A DNA stretch of 64,000 nt from assembly GCF_036971445.1 (NCBI RefSeq), contig NC_091472.1:93434001-93498000 (forward strand). Direction: 5' to 3'. Positions 1 through 12,130 of the stretch are shown here, one piece after another (position 1 is the stretch's first letter; each line of letters begins with the position of its first letter). This DNA comes from Narcine bancroftii (taxonomy: Eukaryota). The notes below the pieces were generated by a model that saw only the letters and a list, made by a program, of their open reading frames with translations, was not told where the DNA came from and did no database searches. A program made the translations under genes and the position numbers.

Positions 1-581
1 ACCTTATCTGTCAGAGCCATTTCATACCTCTTCTTTCCATCCTGATTCCCCTCAGATGAATCCTATACTGATTGCCAGCTCTGTCCTTTGTAAAAAAAAA
101 ACTGGCTGTCATAGGAAAAATTAAAAAAAAAGAAACCTTAAGATATCTTTATCAGAATCTTCTGGCCCTTCTCATTGAAGCCTGGTATTCAGCAAAACCT
201 GAACTTTGACCACTAGCACCCCTTCTCAAAATGGCCACTCTACTCAGGCCTACTCTCCTTTGATACTCACCTTTAACAGTCTCTTTATAATCTTTACTTC
301 ACTGCTCCTCCTCTTTGCTTCTCTGGATTATGCTTGCTGAAACTAAAATTGAAAAGTATCTGATGCCGTTTTATGCAGAAAATAGATTGCAAGTCAAAGT
401 TAGGTTGGTTTAACAAAACTTTTATCAAACATTCTCTCATTTTGTGCAGCTCCATTAAATCTTTTTGATAACATGTTGCACACTGGTGCTTCTAAGATAT
501 CTACCTTTCTTTTTAACCTCAAAAAGGTGTGGGCTCTCTCCAACCAGATGTTGTTAACATCAACTTCTTTGGTTTCTGCTC

Positions 582-769
582 TGTACTGACAATAACCACA
601 CCAGCTGTGTGAGTATAAGACAGCTTTAATAAACTAATATGTACACTAAAAGGTCTTGTCTCTCTACAAGACGAACCTGGAAGGCAATACTGTAGCTCTG
701 GACTGCTTTATATACATCGTCACCTGGATGACCCCTGGTGACCTAGTGGTGTAATTACATATCATCACA
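582..769 (-). repeat. 3' LTR of Gypsy element 1
   Basis: Direct repeat of 5648-5833, roughly 10% diverged by eye; adjacent to the polypurine tract. Confidence 0.95.
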
Positions 770-1283
770 TTCACCCCCCCCCCTTTAAAAAATTGTTATT
801 TCCCCCGCCCCCTCACCCACCTGTCCTCCTTCCCTTGTTTGTAAGTTCATAAGTCCAAAATTTTTTGTGGCTTCTGTTGCCTTCTGGACCTCCTCAGTAG
901 TGGTATAAGGGTGGGGAGTGCGGTCTGCCTTTCGTCCTTTCTTGGTGGAGATGTGGGGGTGGGAAGTACTAGATAGCCATGTGGCCATGTGGGCTGAGGA
1001 CCCTCTTGTATGGGATTAGGTCCTGCCATCAAGTCTAGGGTGGTGATAATTTGTGGGGCGGGCGTACCTAGGGTCCTGATTTCCGGTGTGGGTGGTATAC
1101 TCCTCTGGGGTAACTCGATGGACGACTGTTCTAGTGACTGCTGCTGCGCTCCTTGTTGATCCGTAGACATCTGTGTTTCCTTCGCATTGTTCACACATCC
1201 GGCCGGTGCGCGATCCATGGTGGCCACCGAGTCTTCTCTTCCATCTGGGAATGTGACAAAAGCGTACTGAGGGTTCCTGTGCC

Positions 1284-2459
1284 TCAATGGGGGTCCACTT
1301 TGTGGGGTCTGCATTGCTTCCAGAGGAGAACAGGCCCCGGTGTCATCATCCATTTAGTCAGCACTGTGCCCGTCGTGGCTTTCCTTGTGAAAGAAAAGAT
1401 ACGGTCATGTGGGGTCATGTTAGTGGCACTACGCAACAAAGAATGTATAGCATGTAGGGCTTCTGGCAACACTTCTTGCCATCTAGTAACAGGCAGGTCT
1501 TTTGCTTTTAAAGTCAAGAGGACCATTTTCCAGATAGTGGCATTTTCCCTTTCGACTTGTCCATTTCCCCTGGGATTGTAACTTGTCGTGCAGCTGGTAG
1601 CAATCCCTCTCTCGTGCAGGTATTGCTGTACTTCTGCGTTCATGAATGCAGCACCCCTGTCTGTGTGTATGTAGTTCGGGTACCCAAATATGCTGAAGAT
1701 GGGTTGGAGGCATTTTATAACAGTGGTTGCTGATACATCAGAACACGGGATTGCGAAGGGGAAACAGGAATATTCATCTATTACGTTTAGGAAATAGTCA
1801 TTTCTATTATTGGACGGGAGCGGGCCTTTAAAATCGAGGCTGAGGTGCTCAAAAGCTTTGGTAGCTTTTATCAGGGTGGCTTTGTCTGGCTGGTAAAATT
1901 GCGGTTTGCATTCCGTACAGATGAGGCAGCTCTTGTTCACTGACCTCACTTCCTCGACTGAAAATGGGAGGTTTTGGGTTTTAATGAAGTGAAACAGTCT
2001 AGCGAACTCCGGGTGGCCCAGCTCATTGTGCAAGCTCTGCAACTGGGACGTGTAGTTAAGGATGACACAAGTGCCTCTGGACAGCGCGTCCGGGGACTCG
2101 TTGAGTCTCCCGGAGCGGTAGAGAATGTCGTAATTAAATGTAGACAATTCTATCCGCCAGCGCAGCATTTTGTCATTCTTATTTCTCCCCCTGTTCTGGT
2201 TATCGAACATAAAAGCCACAGACCGTTGGTCTGTGATGAGGGTGAAGTGTTTGAACGCCAGATAATGTCGCCACTGCTTTACTGCTTCCACAATGGCTAG
2301 GGCCTCCTTCTCTACTGCTGAGTGTCTTACCTCGGTCCCCTGTAGGGTTCCCGAGAAAAAGGCCACTGGTTGTCCGTTGTGGTTTAGGGTGGCTGCCAGA
2401 GCCACATTGGATGCATCTGTTTCTACTTGAAACGGGATCAACTCATCTATGGACCACAT
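1284..2459 (-). pseudogene. Gypsy pol remnant: RNase H + integrase (391-aa ORF)
   Basis: RNase H motifs (VETDASN, EKEALA, TDQRS), HHCC zinc finger (LHNELGHP...CLICTEC), DDE core. Confidence 0.93.
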
Positions 2460-2561
2460 GGTAGCTTTAGCGATATGATCCCTAATGTCCCTGAATGCTC
2501 TGGTGGCTGCTGGGCACAGTGGGAAAACTGAGGCTTTTATAAGTGGGCAGGCCCTGTCGAC

Positions 2562-5060
2562 TTAGTTGGGGACCCATTGGGCGTAGTAAGCGAACAGTCC
2601 CAAACACCTTTTTAGTGCTTTCAACGTTTGTGGCACTGGGAGGTCTCGGAGAGGGCGCATACGGGCTGGGTCTGAGCTGATTTCCCTCTTCTGCACTATG
2701 TAGCTCAGCATTGGCAACTTCCTGGCGCTAAAGACGCATTTGTCCCTGTTGTATGTTAGGTTCCTTTCCTCGGCTGCCTGGAAGAAGTGTTTTAAATTCG
2801 TGTCATGATCCTCCTGGGTATGGCCACAGATTGTCACGATATGTTGCCATTGCTTTACTGCTTCCACAATGGCTAGGGCCTCCTTCTCTACTGCTGAGTG
2901 TCTTACCCCTGACCCCTGTAGAGTTCCCGAGAAAAAAGCCACCCGGTCGTCCGTCGTGGTTTAGGGTGGCTGCCAGAACCACATCGGATGCATCCATTTC
3001 TACTTGAAATGGGATCGACTCATCTATGGACCGCATGGTAGCTTTAGCGATATGGTCCCTAATATCCCTGAATGCTCTGGTGCCTGCTGAGCACAGTGGG
3101 AAAACTGAGGCTTTTATAAGTGGGCGGGCCCTGTAATGTAATTTAGTAACTTACATTATCTAAGAAGGGGAACACCGCTTTCAGTTGGAACTCATCTACT
3201 ATTCGGTACATTTCTCTCTGAAACAGGAACACTCCATTGGTGACACTGAAGGGGAGTCGCAGAAATTGATACAGCCTGCCGTCTGCCTCAAATGCCGTGT
3301 AAATGCAATCCCTGTTTCTAATGGGCAGTTGGTGGTATGCTGCCTTCAGGTCTATGGTGGAGAACACCTTATACTGCGCAATGTTGTTGACCCTGTCTGC
3401 TATGCGTGGCAAGGGTTCGCCATCTAGTTGTGTAAATTTGTTGATTGTCTGGCTGTAATCCACTACCATGCACAGTTTTAATCCTGACTTCACTACAACC
3501 ACCTGGGCTCTCCAGGGGCTAGTGCTCTGCTCTATGATGCCCTCCTGTAGTAGCCTGCAGACCTCTGTCCGAATGAAGGCTCTGTCCCTCAGGTCGTATG
3601 TACCTCCTGCTCTTTGTGGCTATTGGTGTGCATTCTGGGGTCAGGTGTGTGAACAGCGGAGGGGGTTCTATGTTCAGGACAGACAGGCTGCAGCGTTGTT
3701 TCTTTGTAAGGCGTAGTGGGGGGTGAGGCCCATTGTACACTATTGTAATACTTTCTAACTGGCATTGAAAATCTAACCCCAATAATACCGGGGCACAGAG
3801 GTGAGGGAGTCTAGTAATTTGAACCCTTCGTATTTTGTGCCCTAGATTTCTAGAGTAACCCTGCAAAACTGTTTTACCTAGCTGCAAGGCTGCTGGCTGC
3901 TAACAGGATCTGGTGCTCACTCGGGCATGTGGGGAGGGCAAGGTGGTTGTCTAACCCCTGGCCAATAAAACTTTCAGTGCTTCCACTATCTATTAAGCAA
4001 CTTACCCTCACATCATTAATTTTGATGCACACAGTGGCATCAGATAAATTGTGTGGACTTGCCTGATTCATGCGTAGGGAAGCAAGTCTGGCGTATCCTT
4101 CGTGTCCTTCCATCCAATAGTACTCGGCGTCATATTCATCTCCTGAAAACTGTGTCCTCTGCTTTGTAGCATTTGTCCAAGATGGCTGGCTGCATGTGAC
4201 ATTCTTCTTCTTCTTGTTTGTGGAGAAAGAAGAGCTTTCCCCGCCTCTTATTAGCATGAGAATGGGCCTTGGCTGTGGCCTTGGGGCTTCTCTAGACTTT
4301 TGCATAATGCCCACGTTTTCCACAGTTGGAACAGATATTTTCTCTGGCAGGGCAGAGGGCTCTGGGGTGCTTTCTTTGTCCCCAGAAAAAGCACTTGGGC
4401 CTTCGAAGTGTGTTGCTGCTGCTGTGAATTCCTGTGAAGCAGCATACTTTTCTTTTCGATGGGCTCGAGAGTCCAGCAGTGTGATGTTTGTCCCAGCCCT
4501 AGGGTCCTGTGAGTACTCCTCCAATTCTTTCCTGGTGCTAAAGCTTCTGCAATAGTCTCTGCCTCATTTAGCCCCACCATTCCTTTCTCCAGCAATCAAT
4601 GTCTCGTCTCAGTGGACCGTATGCCTGCAACAATTCTGTCCCTAATAAGGTCCTCGGCATACTCCTGAGATGATACTGCTTTAAAGTTGCAGCCTCTCGC
4701 CAGGTCTTTCAGAGAGAGTATAAAGTCTCTGGCAAACTCCCCTACTTGTGACCTGGTCATGAGGCTGTACCAGGAGTGGAGTTCGCTATGCCCCTTACTG
4801 TAATGTCTCTGTAAAATATTCATTGCCTCTTGATAGGACCTGGCTTCCTGTATAAGGGAGTAAGGGTGGTCTCCCAGCTGCGCTAACAGCAGCATTAATA
4901 GCTCTTTATCCGATGCCTCAGCATCCTCCACGTAATTCAGAAAGCATCTCTGCCAGCGGCCGAAGTGTTTGCCGGCTCCGGGATTTCTGAGGTCGAGCTC
5001 CAGCCTGTTTGGTCGCAGCACATGGCTAAGCCACAGACTCTGGTCCCTTAGGTGTAGCAA
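2562..5060 (-). pseudogene. Frameshifted Gypsy gag, protease and reverse transcriptase
   Basis: ORFs 4596-5060 (gag), 3874-4524 (protease DSG), 3143-3502 and 2562-2942 (RT); broken by stops, frameshifts and an internal duplication. Confidence 0.9.
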
Positions 5061-5647
5061 GGGCGGACCCAGGGGTACTGGGAGCTGCTGGTAGAGCCTC
5101 TGTGGGGCTCGTGTCTGCTAGAGGAGTAACCTGGGTGATTGGGGCTGTTGGCTGAGTCTCTGGCTTTGGGACATTTGTAGCGGGCTTAGGGGGGATCCCA
5201 GAGGTAGCATCAGGGGTACTGGGGAAACTGCTGCTGGGGGAGTGACAGTAGCGATGTCTGCTTTCCCTGGATCTGGAGTGATCGGGAATTCTGCACATAT
5301 GTGGCGATCGGGAGCACAACTTGTGGAGATCCTTCCACCCGCACTTGTAGTGGCCCCTTTCTGATCAGACTGGGGTTTAGGGTCAGCGCCGCCTGTACCG
5401 ATGAACTCATGGGCAGACAGGGCTCTTGGCCATTTCTTAACTGCCCTATCGTACTTCTGTGGTCTTCCCCACATTCCACCACGATTCCAGTACAGCGGTC
5501 CCTCACCGTCTCTGTCCTCAGATGCACGGGCGTGCTAGTCATCCCCGGATTCCATTCCTTAGGAAGAGTCTCCAGGTGGTCGGGAATGTGCATTGCAAAA
5601 GCAGAAGCAGCTTCCATCCTAGTAGCTATCATATTAGTTTATTAAAT

Positions 5648-5833
5648 TGTACTGACAATAACCACACCAGCAGTGCGAGTATAAGACAGCTTTAATAAAC
5701 TAATATGTACACTGAGGTATTGTCTCTCTGCAAGACGAACCTAGAAGGCTAGCCTGTAACTCTGGACTGCTTTATATACAAGATCACCGGGGTGACCCCT
5801 GGTGACCTAGTGGCATAATTACATATCACCACA
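5648..5833 (-). repeat. 5' LTR of Gypsy element 1
   Basis: TATATAAA on the minus strand at 5771-5778, ATTAAA poly(A)-like signal at 5691-5696, TG...CA termini. Confidence 0.95.
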
Positions 5834-5839
5834 TGATCG

Positions 5840-6180
5840 ACCACACCCCATTCTCCATCTCTTCCCTATTCCTTTGTCTCCTGTCCTCCAGCTCTCCACC
5901 CCTTCCCTCTCCCCCTCCCTCCTGTTTGCTGTTGTGACTTCACTCCTTTATCCTATTATTACCTCTTGCCAGTGGGTCTGTCCTCCTCCCTTGCCACTCC
6001 CCTCCTCCATTTTATTCAGATGCCTGCCTACATTTTGCTCATAAGTTGATGAAGGAGTCAGGCCCGAAATGTTGGTTATGTATTTTTATCTTTGTTGTAC
6101 AAAATACTCTGTCTGCCCTGTGTTTCTCCAGCATTCTGTTTTTACTTCAATAACAGCTGTAGACTTTCATGTTTTACTCC
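5840..6180 (+). mobile_element. Penelope-like element 3' end / pseudo-LTR fragment
   Basis: Pyrimidine-rich tract, then ttgatgaaggagtcaggcccgaaatgttgg and tttctccagcatt; the same motif ends the GIY-YIG-encoding copies at 42959 and 63569. Confidence 0.7.
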
Positions 6181-7404
6181 ATCTTTCTTTTTAAATTGGT
6201 TTGCAACGTTAACTATGCCATATCTTACATTTTTCTTCTCACCTGATCTCCTCCCATCTGGAGTAAAAATAGTTCCTTTTTTCCTCATCCTGTCCTCCAC
6301 CTGATTTTATGCTCAACAGATTATCCTCTTTAATTTCCATCATCTTCACCTTGATGCCACATTCAGTTAGAGGGGTCTGTATTCCCTATGATACTCTGAT
6401 TAATTCCTCTGTCTCCAGCAACATCCAAATACTTTCCCCTATACTTTCCTATGACTCACCTTCCCTTCTCAATATCTGAGAGCATAAAAACTCTTAGGTG
6501 TAGCAGTGAATCATTTGAACTACTTCTGATTTAGTGGTTTTTCTGCTCAAGTAAGCAGTACAGACTGCCAGTTAAATATATCTGAGACAGAGATAGAATT
6601 TTGCATTGTAGGGGAATTAAGGATTATGGAGAAAAAGATAGGTGGAGTAGAGTCTACAGCCAGATTACTCATGATCCTATTGAATGGTGGATCAGGCTCC
6701 ATGGGCCTTCTCATGTCCCGATTTATTATGTTCTTATTTACTGACCTCAGTGTTCATAATGTGGTCTTCTCTACAATTAATAATTCAAATGTGGATCAAG
6801 TGATGGCTTTGCAGAGCACTTTCAGTCAGTTTAAAGAGGTGAACCTTAGCTTTCAGTTGACTGTCATTTCAATGTACCAAAGAAACCTAAGAATGGGAAC
6901 CTGGAGGGAGTCAGAGTCAGTTTAGCAGCATCCAGAAGAGAAATGGTCAGTCAACATTTTGGATTGGAACCTTATTTTAAGACCCACCTTGAAGAGGTTC
7001 CTGGCCCAAAATATTGATTGCTCACTTCTCTTAATGATGCTGCTTGACGTGCTAAGTCCCTTCAGCTTATTGTTGACTTTAATTTTCCATTTCACTTCCA
7101 ATTTGACCTTTCTTTGGGTTCCAACATTCTTTAGCACCACTAACAGCATCTTATCTCCTGACAAAGCACATTATAGCCCTTGGGAACAAATTCCACAATT
7201 TTAGCTAAGCAGCCAATCCAATTTGAATTTGAACTGGCCAAGTCTGAAACAAAGTTAATTACCTATAATGTTAACACAGTCTTTTTCTCCCCTCAAATGT
7301 ACTGTTGGATATTTACAGCATCTTATTTTGTTTCAAATTTCAAGCATCCTCAGTTTTTGTATCACACATTTCCAGCATTATTTTGACTTTTCCCTCTCCT
7401 CCAG

Positions 7405-8780
7405 GATTGTGATCTCAGGAGGGCTACCCGTGCCACGTGCTAGTGAGGCCAGAAATAGGAAGTGAATGCAGCTAAATACGTGGCTAATGAGATGGTGCAG
7501 GAGGGAGGGCTTCATGTTTCTGGACAATTGGGCTCTGTTTCAGGGAAGGTGGGACCTGTTCTGATGGGACGCTTTCCACCTAGGTTTGCTAGTGCTGCTC
7601 CGGTGAATTTAAACTAGATTGGTGAGGGGGATGGGAACCAGGGTGTTAGAGCAGATAATGAGGTGGAGACGGATAAAAGTCATGCGAGGACTGCATGTAA
7701 AGACAGAAATCAAATGTTTGTACGTGATAGAAATGTTCTCAGGTTTATTTATTTCAATGCAAGTAGTATTGTCAGAAAGGCAGACGAGCTTAGGGCATGG
7801 ATTGGCACGTGATTATGACATTATTGTTATTAGTGAGGATTCCATTGCTTCAGACTTGATATTAGGGGAAGGGATGAAAGAAGGCAGAGTGGCATTTCTG
7901 GTCAGGGAAAATATAGCTGTGCTTAGACAGGTCAGCCCAGAGGGCTCATCTACAGAGACAATATGGTTGGAGCTGAGGAACAGGAAAGGTGTGACCACAT
8001 TGATAGTGCTGTATTATAGACCGCCCAATAGTCAGAGAGAATTGGCGGAGCAAATCTGTAGAGAGGTAGCAGACCGTTGTAAAAAAACAGAAAGTTGTAA
8101 TAGTAGGAGATTTTAACTTTTTGCATATTGACTGGGATTTCCATTCTGTAAAAGGACTGGATGGCTTAGAGTTTCTTAAAGGTGTTCAGGAAAGTTTTCT
8201 AAATCAGTATATAGGGGTACAATGAGGGAGGATGCAGTACTTGATCTCCTATTAGGGAACCAGACAAGTCAGGTGACAGAAGTATGTGTAGGCAAACATT
8301 TTGGGTCAAGTGACCATAATATCATTAGTTTCAAGTTAATTATGGATAAGTATAGGCCTGGACTTCGAGTTGAGATTCTAAATTGGAGAAAGCCCAATTT
8401 TGTGGAAATGAGAAATGATCTAGGAGGGGTGGATTGGGATAAATGCTTTCTAGCAAGAATGTGTTAAATAAGTGGAAGGCCTTCAAAAGCAAAATTTTGA
8501 GAGTGCAGTGTTTGTATGTTCCCATCAGAAATAAAGGCAAAGTTAACAGGCATAGGGAACCTTGGTTTTCGAGGGATATTGGTGATCTAGTTAAGAAGAG
8601 AAAGGTGTATAGCAGGTATAGGCAACAGGAGCAAATGAGGCATTAGAAGAGAATAGAAAATGTAAGAAAATATTTAAGAAGACAATCAGGAAGGCAAAAA
8701 GAAGACATGAGGTTGCTTTGACAGATAATGTGAAGGTAAATCTGAAGGGTTTCTACAAGTATGTTAAGAGTAAAAGAATG
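7405..8780 (+). mobile_element. CR1-clade LINE fragment (ORF1 end, APE endonuclease of ORF2)
   Basis: IWLELRNRKG...YYRPPNS, LDLLLGN...GSSDHN and NLKGFYKYVKSKR motifs in broken ORFs. Confidence 0.9.
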
Positions 8781-9047
8781 GGAATCACATTATTGTGGTC
8801 AGGCTTTACAGCTGTTTCAGCCCAAAGGATAGTAGCCCTTTCAACGTTGATGGCAAGGAGACCTGTATTACTTAAATGGAAAGATTGTAATCCACCTACT
8901 CTTTCTCAATGGCTTTCTTCTATTATGTCATGCTTAGATTTAGAAAAAAGTAGAAGTCGGACATTTGATACTACCTTTAACCTTGAAAAAACCTGGTGGC
9001 CATTAATTCAATATTTTCGTGTGACTCAAACTAATAAAGAAAATTGA
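8780..9047 (+). mobile_element. L1-clade LINE ORF2 C-terminal fragment
   Basis: ALSTLMARRPVLLKWKDCNPPTLSQWL...LEK...TWWPLI resembles the C-terminus of fish L1 ORF2. Confidence 0.7.
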
Positions 9048-9092
9048 ACCATGTGCATTTTGTTTACTCAGGAAGAATTTATTTTATACTTA

Positions 9093-9405
9093 CAGTACAA
9101 CTCCAATTATCTGAAATCGAATTCTCTGAAATCCTCAATGATCTGAAATTTTTTTAAAAATTGGATAAATGAGGATATCTGAAACAAATCAGAAATCTTA
9201 ATTTATCCAAAATTTTTTTGGAGCTGAACTGACCGGGGACACCAAGCTACTTTACATTTTGCACTGTCTTTTGTCTTTTTAAACTGTGTATTTTTAATGC
9301 AGGTGTATTACTTAGGCATTGGAAGAGTGAGTCTCACATATCTGGAAAATTCTCATACCCAGCATCCACGATCTCTGAAGGTGCCAGATACCAGGGATTG
9401 TGTTG
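9093..9405 (-). mobile_element. Tc1/mariner-pogo (Tigger-like) MITE, internally deleted
   Basis: TA-flanked imperfect TIRs (cagtacaactcc...); 9270-9335 is the reverse complement of 44180-44245 in the longer copy. Confidence 0.75.
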
Positions 9406-10559
9406 TATCAAGAAAGCACATTCTTTAGGCCATTAAATATAAATATCACAGAAAAGCATGTACTTATTTTTTAAGCATCCTGAACTAGATTTTTGTAACG
9501 TGGTCAGATCTGCTTAATAACTCCATGGAGCAAATATTTCCATTTCTGTTCCAGGACGACCCCTCCTAAAATTAGGTCATGGAATGAATATAAGAAATAT
9601 TATTTTCACTATGTATTTCGGAAAGAATGGAGAGGGAATTGAGTGACTAGCAATTCAAGTATTGTGTAATTTATTTGATAAAGCCTGACATTATCCTTCA
9701 GTTATTAGAGAAATATTGAACTTTTCAGCAGAGGTTAAAAAAGCCCATTATATATTCAATGCCTTTTCACTAAATCGAACAAAGCCAATCTCATTGCCCT
9801 ATTTCCTCCCACAACCCTTTATTACAATTCATCAAAAGAATGATTAGTCTTTATCTTCTCCAATTCATGTAATCAACACAGTGCACATTCGAACAACCAT
9901 TTTCATAAATAAGTGCTTCCTACCCAACATACAGTTTAGAGATACAAACTGACAACCTACACTGATCTTACCTTTTCTGTTGAATACTTTCAGCATTTTT
10001 ATTTCAAATTTACAGGACCTGTTATTCTCTACATCTTGCAGATCCAATTGTCCTCATTCAATTTCTTCTGTTCATTCTTCACCAGATAGATCATCTTTGA
10101 TTCATTAGGTACTACCCCTCCAACTTTGTGCAATGTTAAATGTTTTTTTTCACTGAATGATAAAGGATCATTGACTTGTAATTCTAATTCTGTGTTTCTC
10201 TCCACAGACACCTGAGTGTCTCCCAACATTTTTCATTTTCTTTCAAAGTTTTTTTTCCTGCTTTTCAACAAATGGGCAGGGGTCTTTATAGCCATTTGTT
10301 TGACAGATGGAAGTAGCTTTATGTTCCATCTGCCATGTTCTCACAGTTAACACAATCTGATGCAATCATAACAAATGGATATATATCACATTTGTCCAAT
10401 TAAAAAATGGAAAGAGTTAATTTTTAGTGCATAAATAATGAAAGGGAAAATGTTGGGGGAAAAAAGGATTAGATATTCAAGATGTGGTAGGAAAAAGAAA
10501 GAAAGGGCAGAGTGAATGTTTTAAGAAAGAAGTGGAAAAAGAGAGGCTAACATGAGATG

Positions 10560-12130
10560 ACCAATAAGATTGACAAGGACAGGCAGTAGACATTATCTAC
10601 GTAGACTTTAGCAAGGACTTTGACAAGATCATCCCATTAGTAGCCTGGGCTGGAAGGTCAGATCACATGAGATCCAAGGTGAGCTGGCCAGTCAGATACA
10701 GAATATGGATTATAAGAGGCAGAGGGTGGTGGTAGAGGATTGTTTTTCAGATTAGACTCCTGTGTCTGGTCATGTGCTGAATTCAATGTTATTTTTCATC
10801 TATATTAATGATTTGGATCCCAAACAACAGCATAGTTATTAAGTTTTCAGATGACACCAAAATTGGTGATTCAATGAATAATCGAGGCATCAACAGAATT
10901 TAAATCAATTGAGAAAGTGGGACAAGGAATGACTAATCGAATTTAACTCAGACATATGCGAAGTGTTGCCCAGGAGAGTATTGTGGAATAGAGAGACCAA
11001 GGGATAAGCTACATATTGTAGTTCTTTGAAAGTGGCCACACAAGTATGGTGATGAAGGTGTTTGGCATGCTTTCCTTCATTGGTTAGGACACTGAGGTAT
11101 TGGGACAGGGCCATCATGTTACAACTGTACAAAACATTGGTGAGACTGCCCTTGCAGTATTTTAGTAGTTTTGGTCGTCCAGTTATTAGAACGATATTGT
11201 GAACCTGGAAAGAGAGCATAAAAAGTATGTTAATGAGTCTAGGGGGTGTGAATTATAAGGAGAGGATGGATTGGCTAGGCCTTTTTTCTCTAGAGTATAG
11301 ATGACTGAGGGGGTGACCTGAGGAGGTATATTAAATCATAAGGGGCACAGATAAAGTAAGTAGTCACAATCTTGTGATTGCATCACAGTCTGGTTTGGCA
11401 ATTCAAGTGTCCAGAAGCCTACAGAAGGTAGTAAACATTGCCAGGTCCATCACAGGCTCCGACCTCTCATCCATTGTTGGCATCTTTATGAGGTGCTGCC
11501 TCAAGAAGACTGCCAACATTTTAAAGGAGCCCATCACCTTGGACACAACCACTTCTCACTAACTGTTATCTTCCAATAGTTAGCAGACTCTTGAACTTCC
11601 CCTTGGTACACAAATAATAGACTGCTCCAATGCACAAAAGGACAGTTTGCACAATGACAAGACACTTTTCTGAACCAGGATTACTGTGAATATTTATATT
11701 TATTGTCTCTTTTAATTTAATTAAATTAATTTACTATTATTGGTTTTCTTTACAAGTACCTGTTCTGTTGCAGCAAGTAAGAATTTCAGAGCCTAAGAAC
11801 ATTGTTAAATGCATATGACAATAAACTCATCACCTTTTTCCCCAGGTATTGGAGTGTAAAAGTTAAGGGCATAGATTTTAGGAGAGAGGGAACAAATTTA
11901 AATAGACTTGAAGGACAATGTTTTAACCCTGAGAATGGTATGTTTGCCAGAGGAAATGGTAATGGGAGGCACAATTACATTTGAAAAAACTTAGGCAGGC
12001 AAATACATTGGTAAGGCCTAGAGAGATATGGGCCAATAACAGGCAAATAGGTAGGCAACTTGATCAGCATGGACTAATTGGTCAGAAGGATTTATTTCAA
12101 TATTGTATGACTGCATTACTCTGTGACTGC
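10560..12130 (+). mobile_element. Degenerate CR1 LINE RT and 3' end, interrupted by a Rex1/Babar fragment
   Basis: Recognisable DFSKxFDK, YINDLD and FSDDTKIG coding remnants; CR1 3' UTR resumes near 11835. Confidence 0.8.
11373..11830 (+). mobile_element. Rex1/Babar LINE 3' fragment
   Basis: LQKVVNIARSITG...RCCLKKTANILKEP and tail tgacaataaact; similar to 35860-36360. Confidence 0.75.

Larger units (their letters stand above)
582..5833 (-). mobile_element. Full-length, degenerate Ty3/Gypsy LTR retrotransposon (gag-PR-RT-RNaseH-IN)
   Basis: Two ~187-bp TG...CA LTRs (582-769, 5648-5833), near-TSD tgctc/tgatc, PPT at 770-783 (poly-C on +). Minus-strand ORF fragments: gag (LRPNRLELD, IRDRIVAG), protease (CLIDSGSTESFI), RT (FSTIDLKAAYHQ, LPFSVTNG), RNase H (ETDASN, EKEALAI, LITDQRS), integrase (HNELGHP, DFKGP, TDRG, GNGQVER). 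Confidence 0.97.

Noticed and set aside
9865-10229. Minus-strand ORFs with a strong AAG|GTAAG donor
   Set aside because: Overlaps degenerate Penelope-type tail motifs; no coherent exon.
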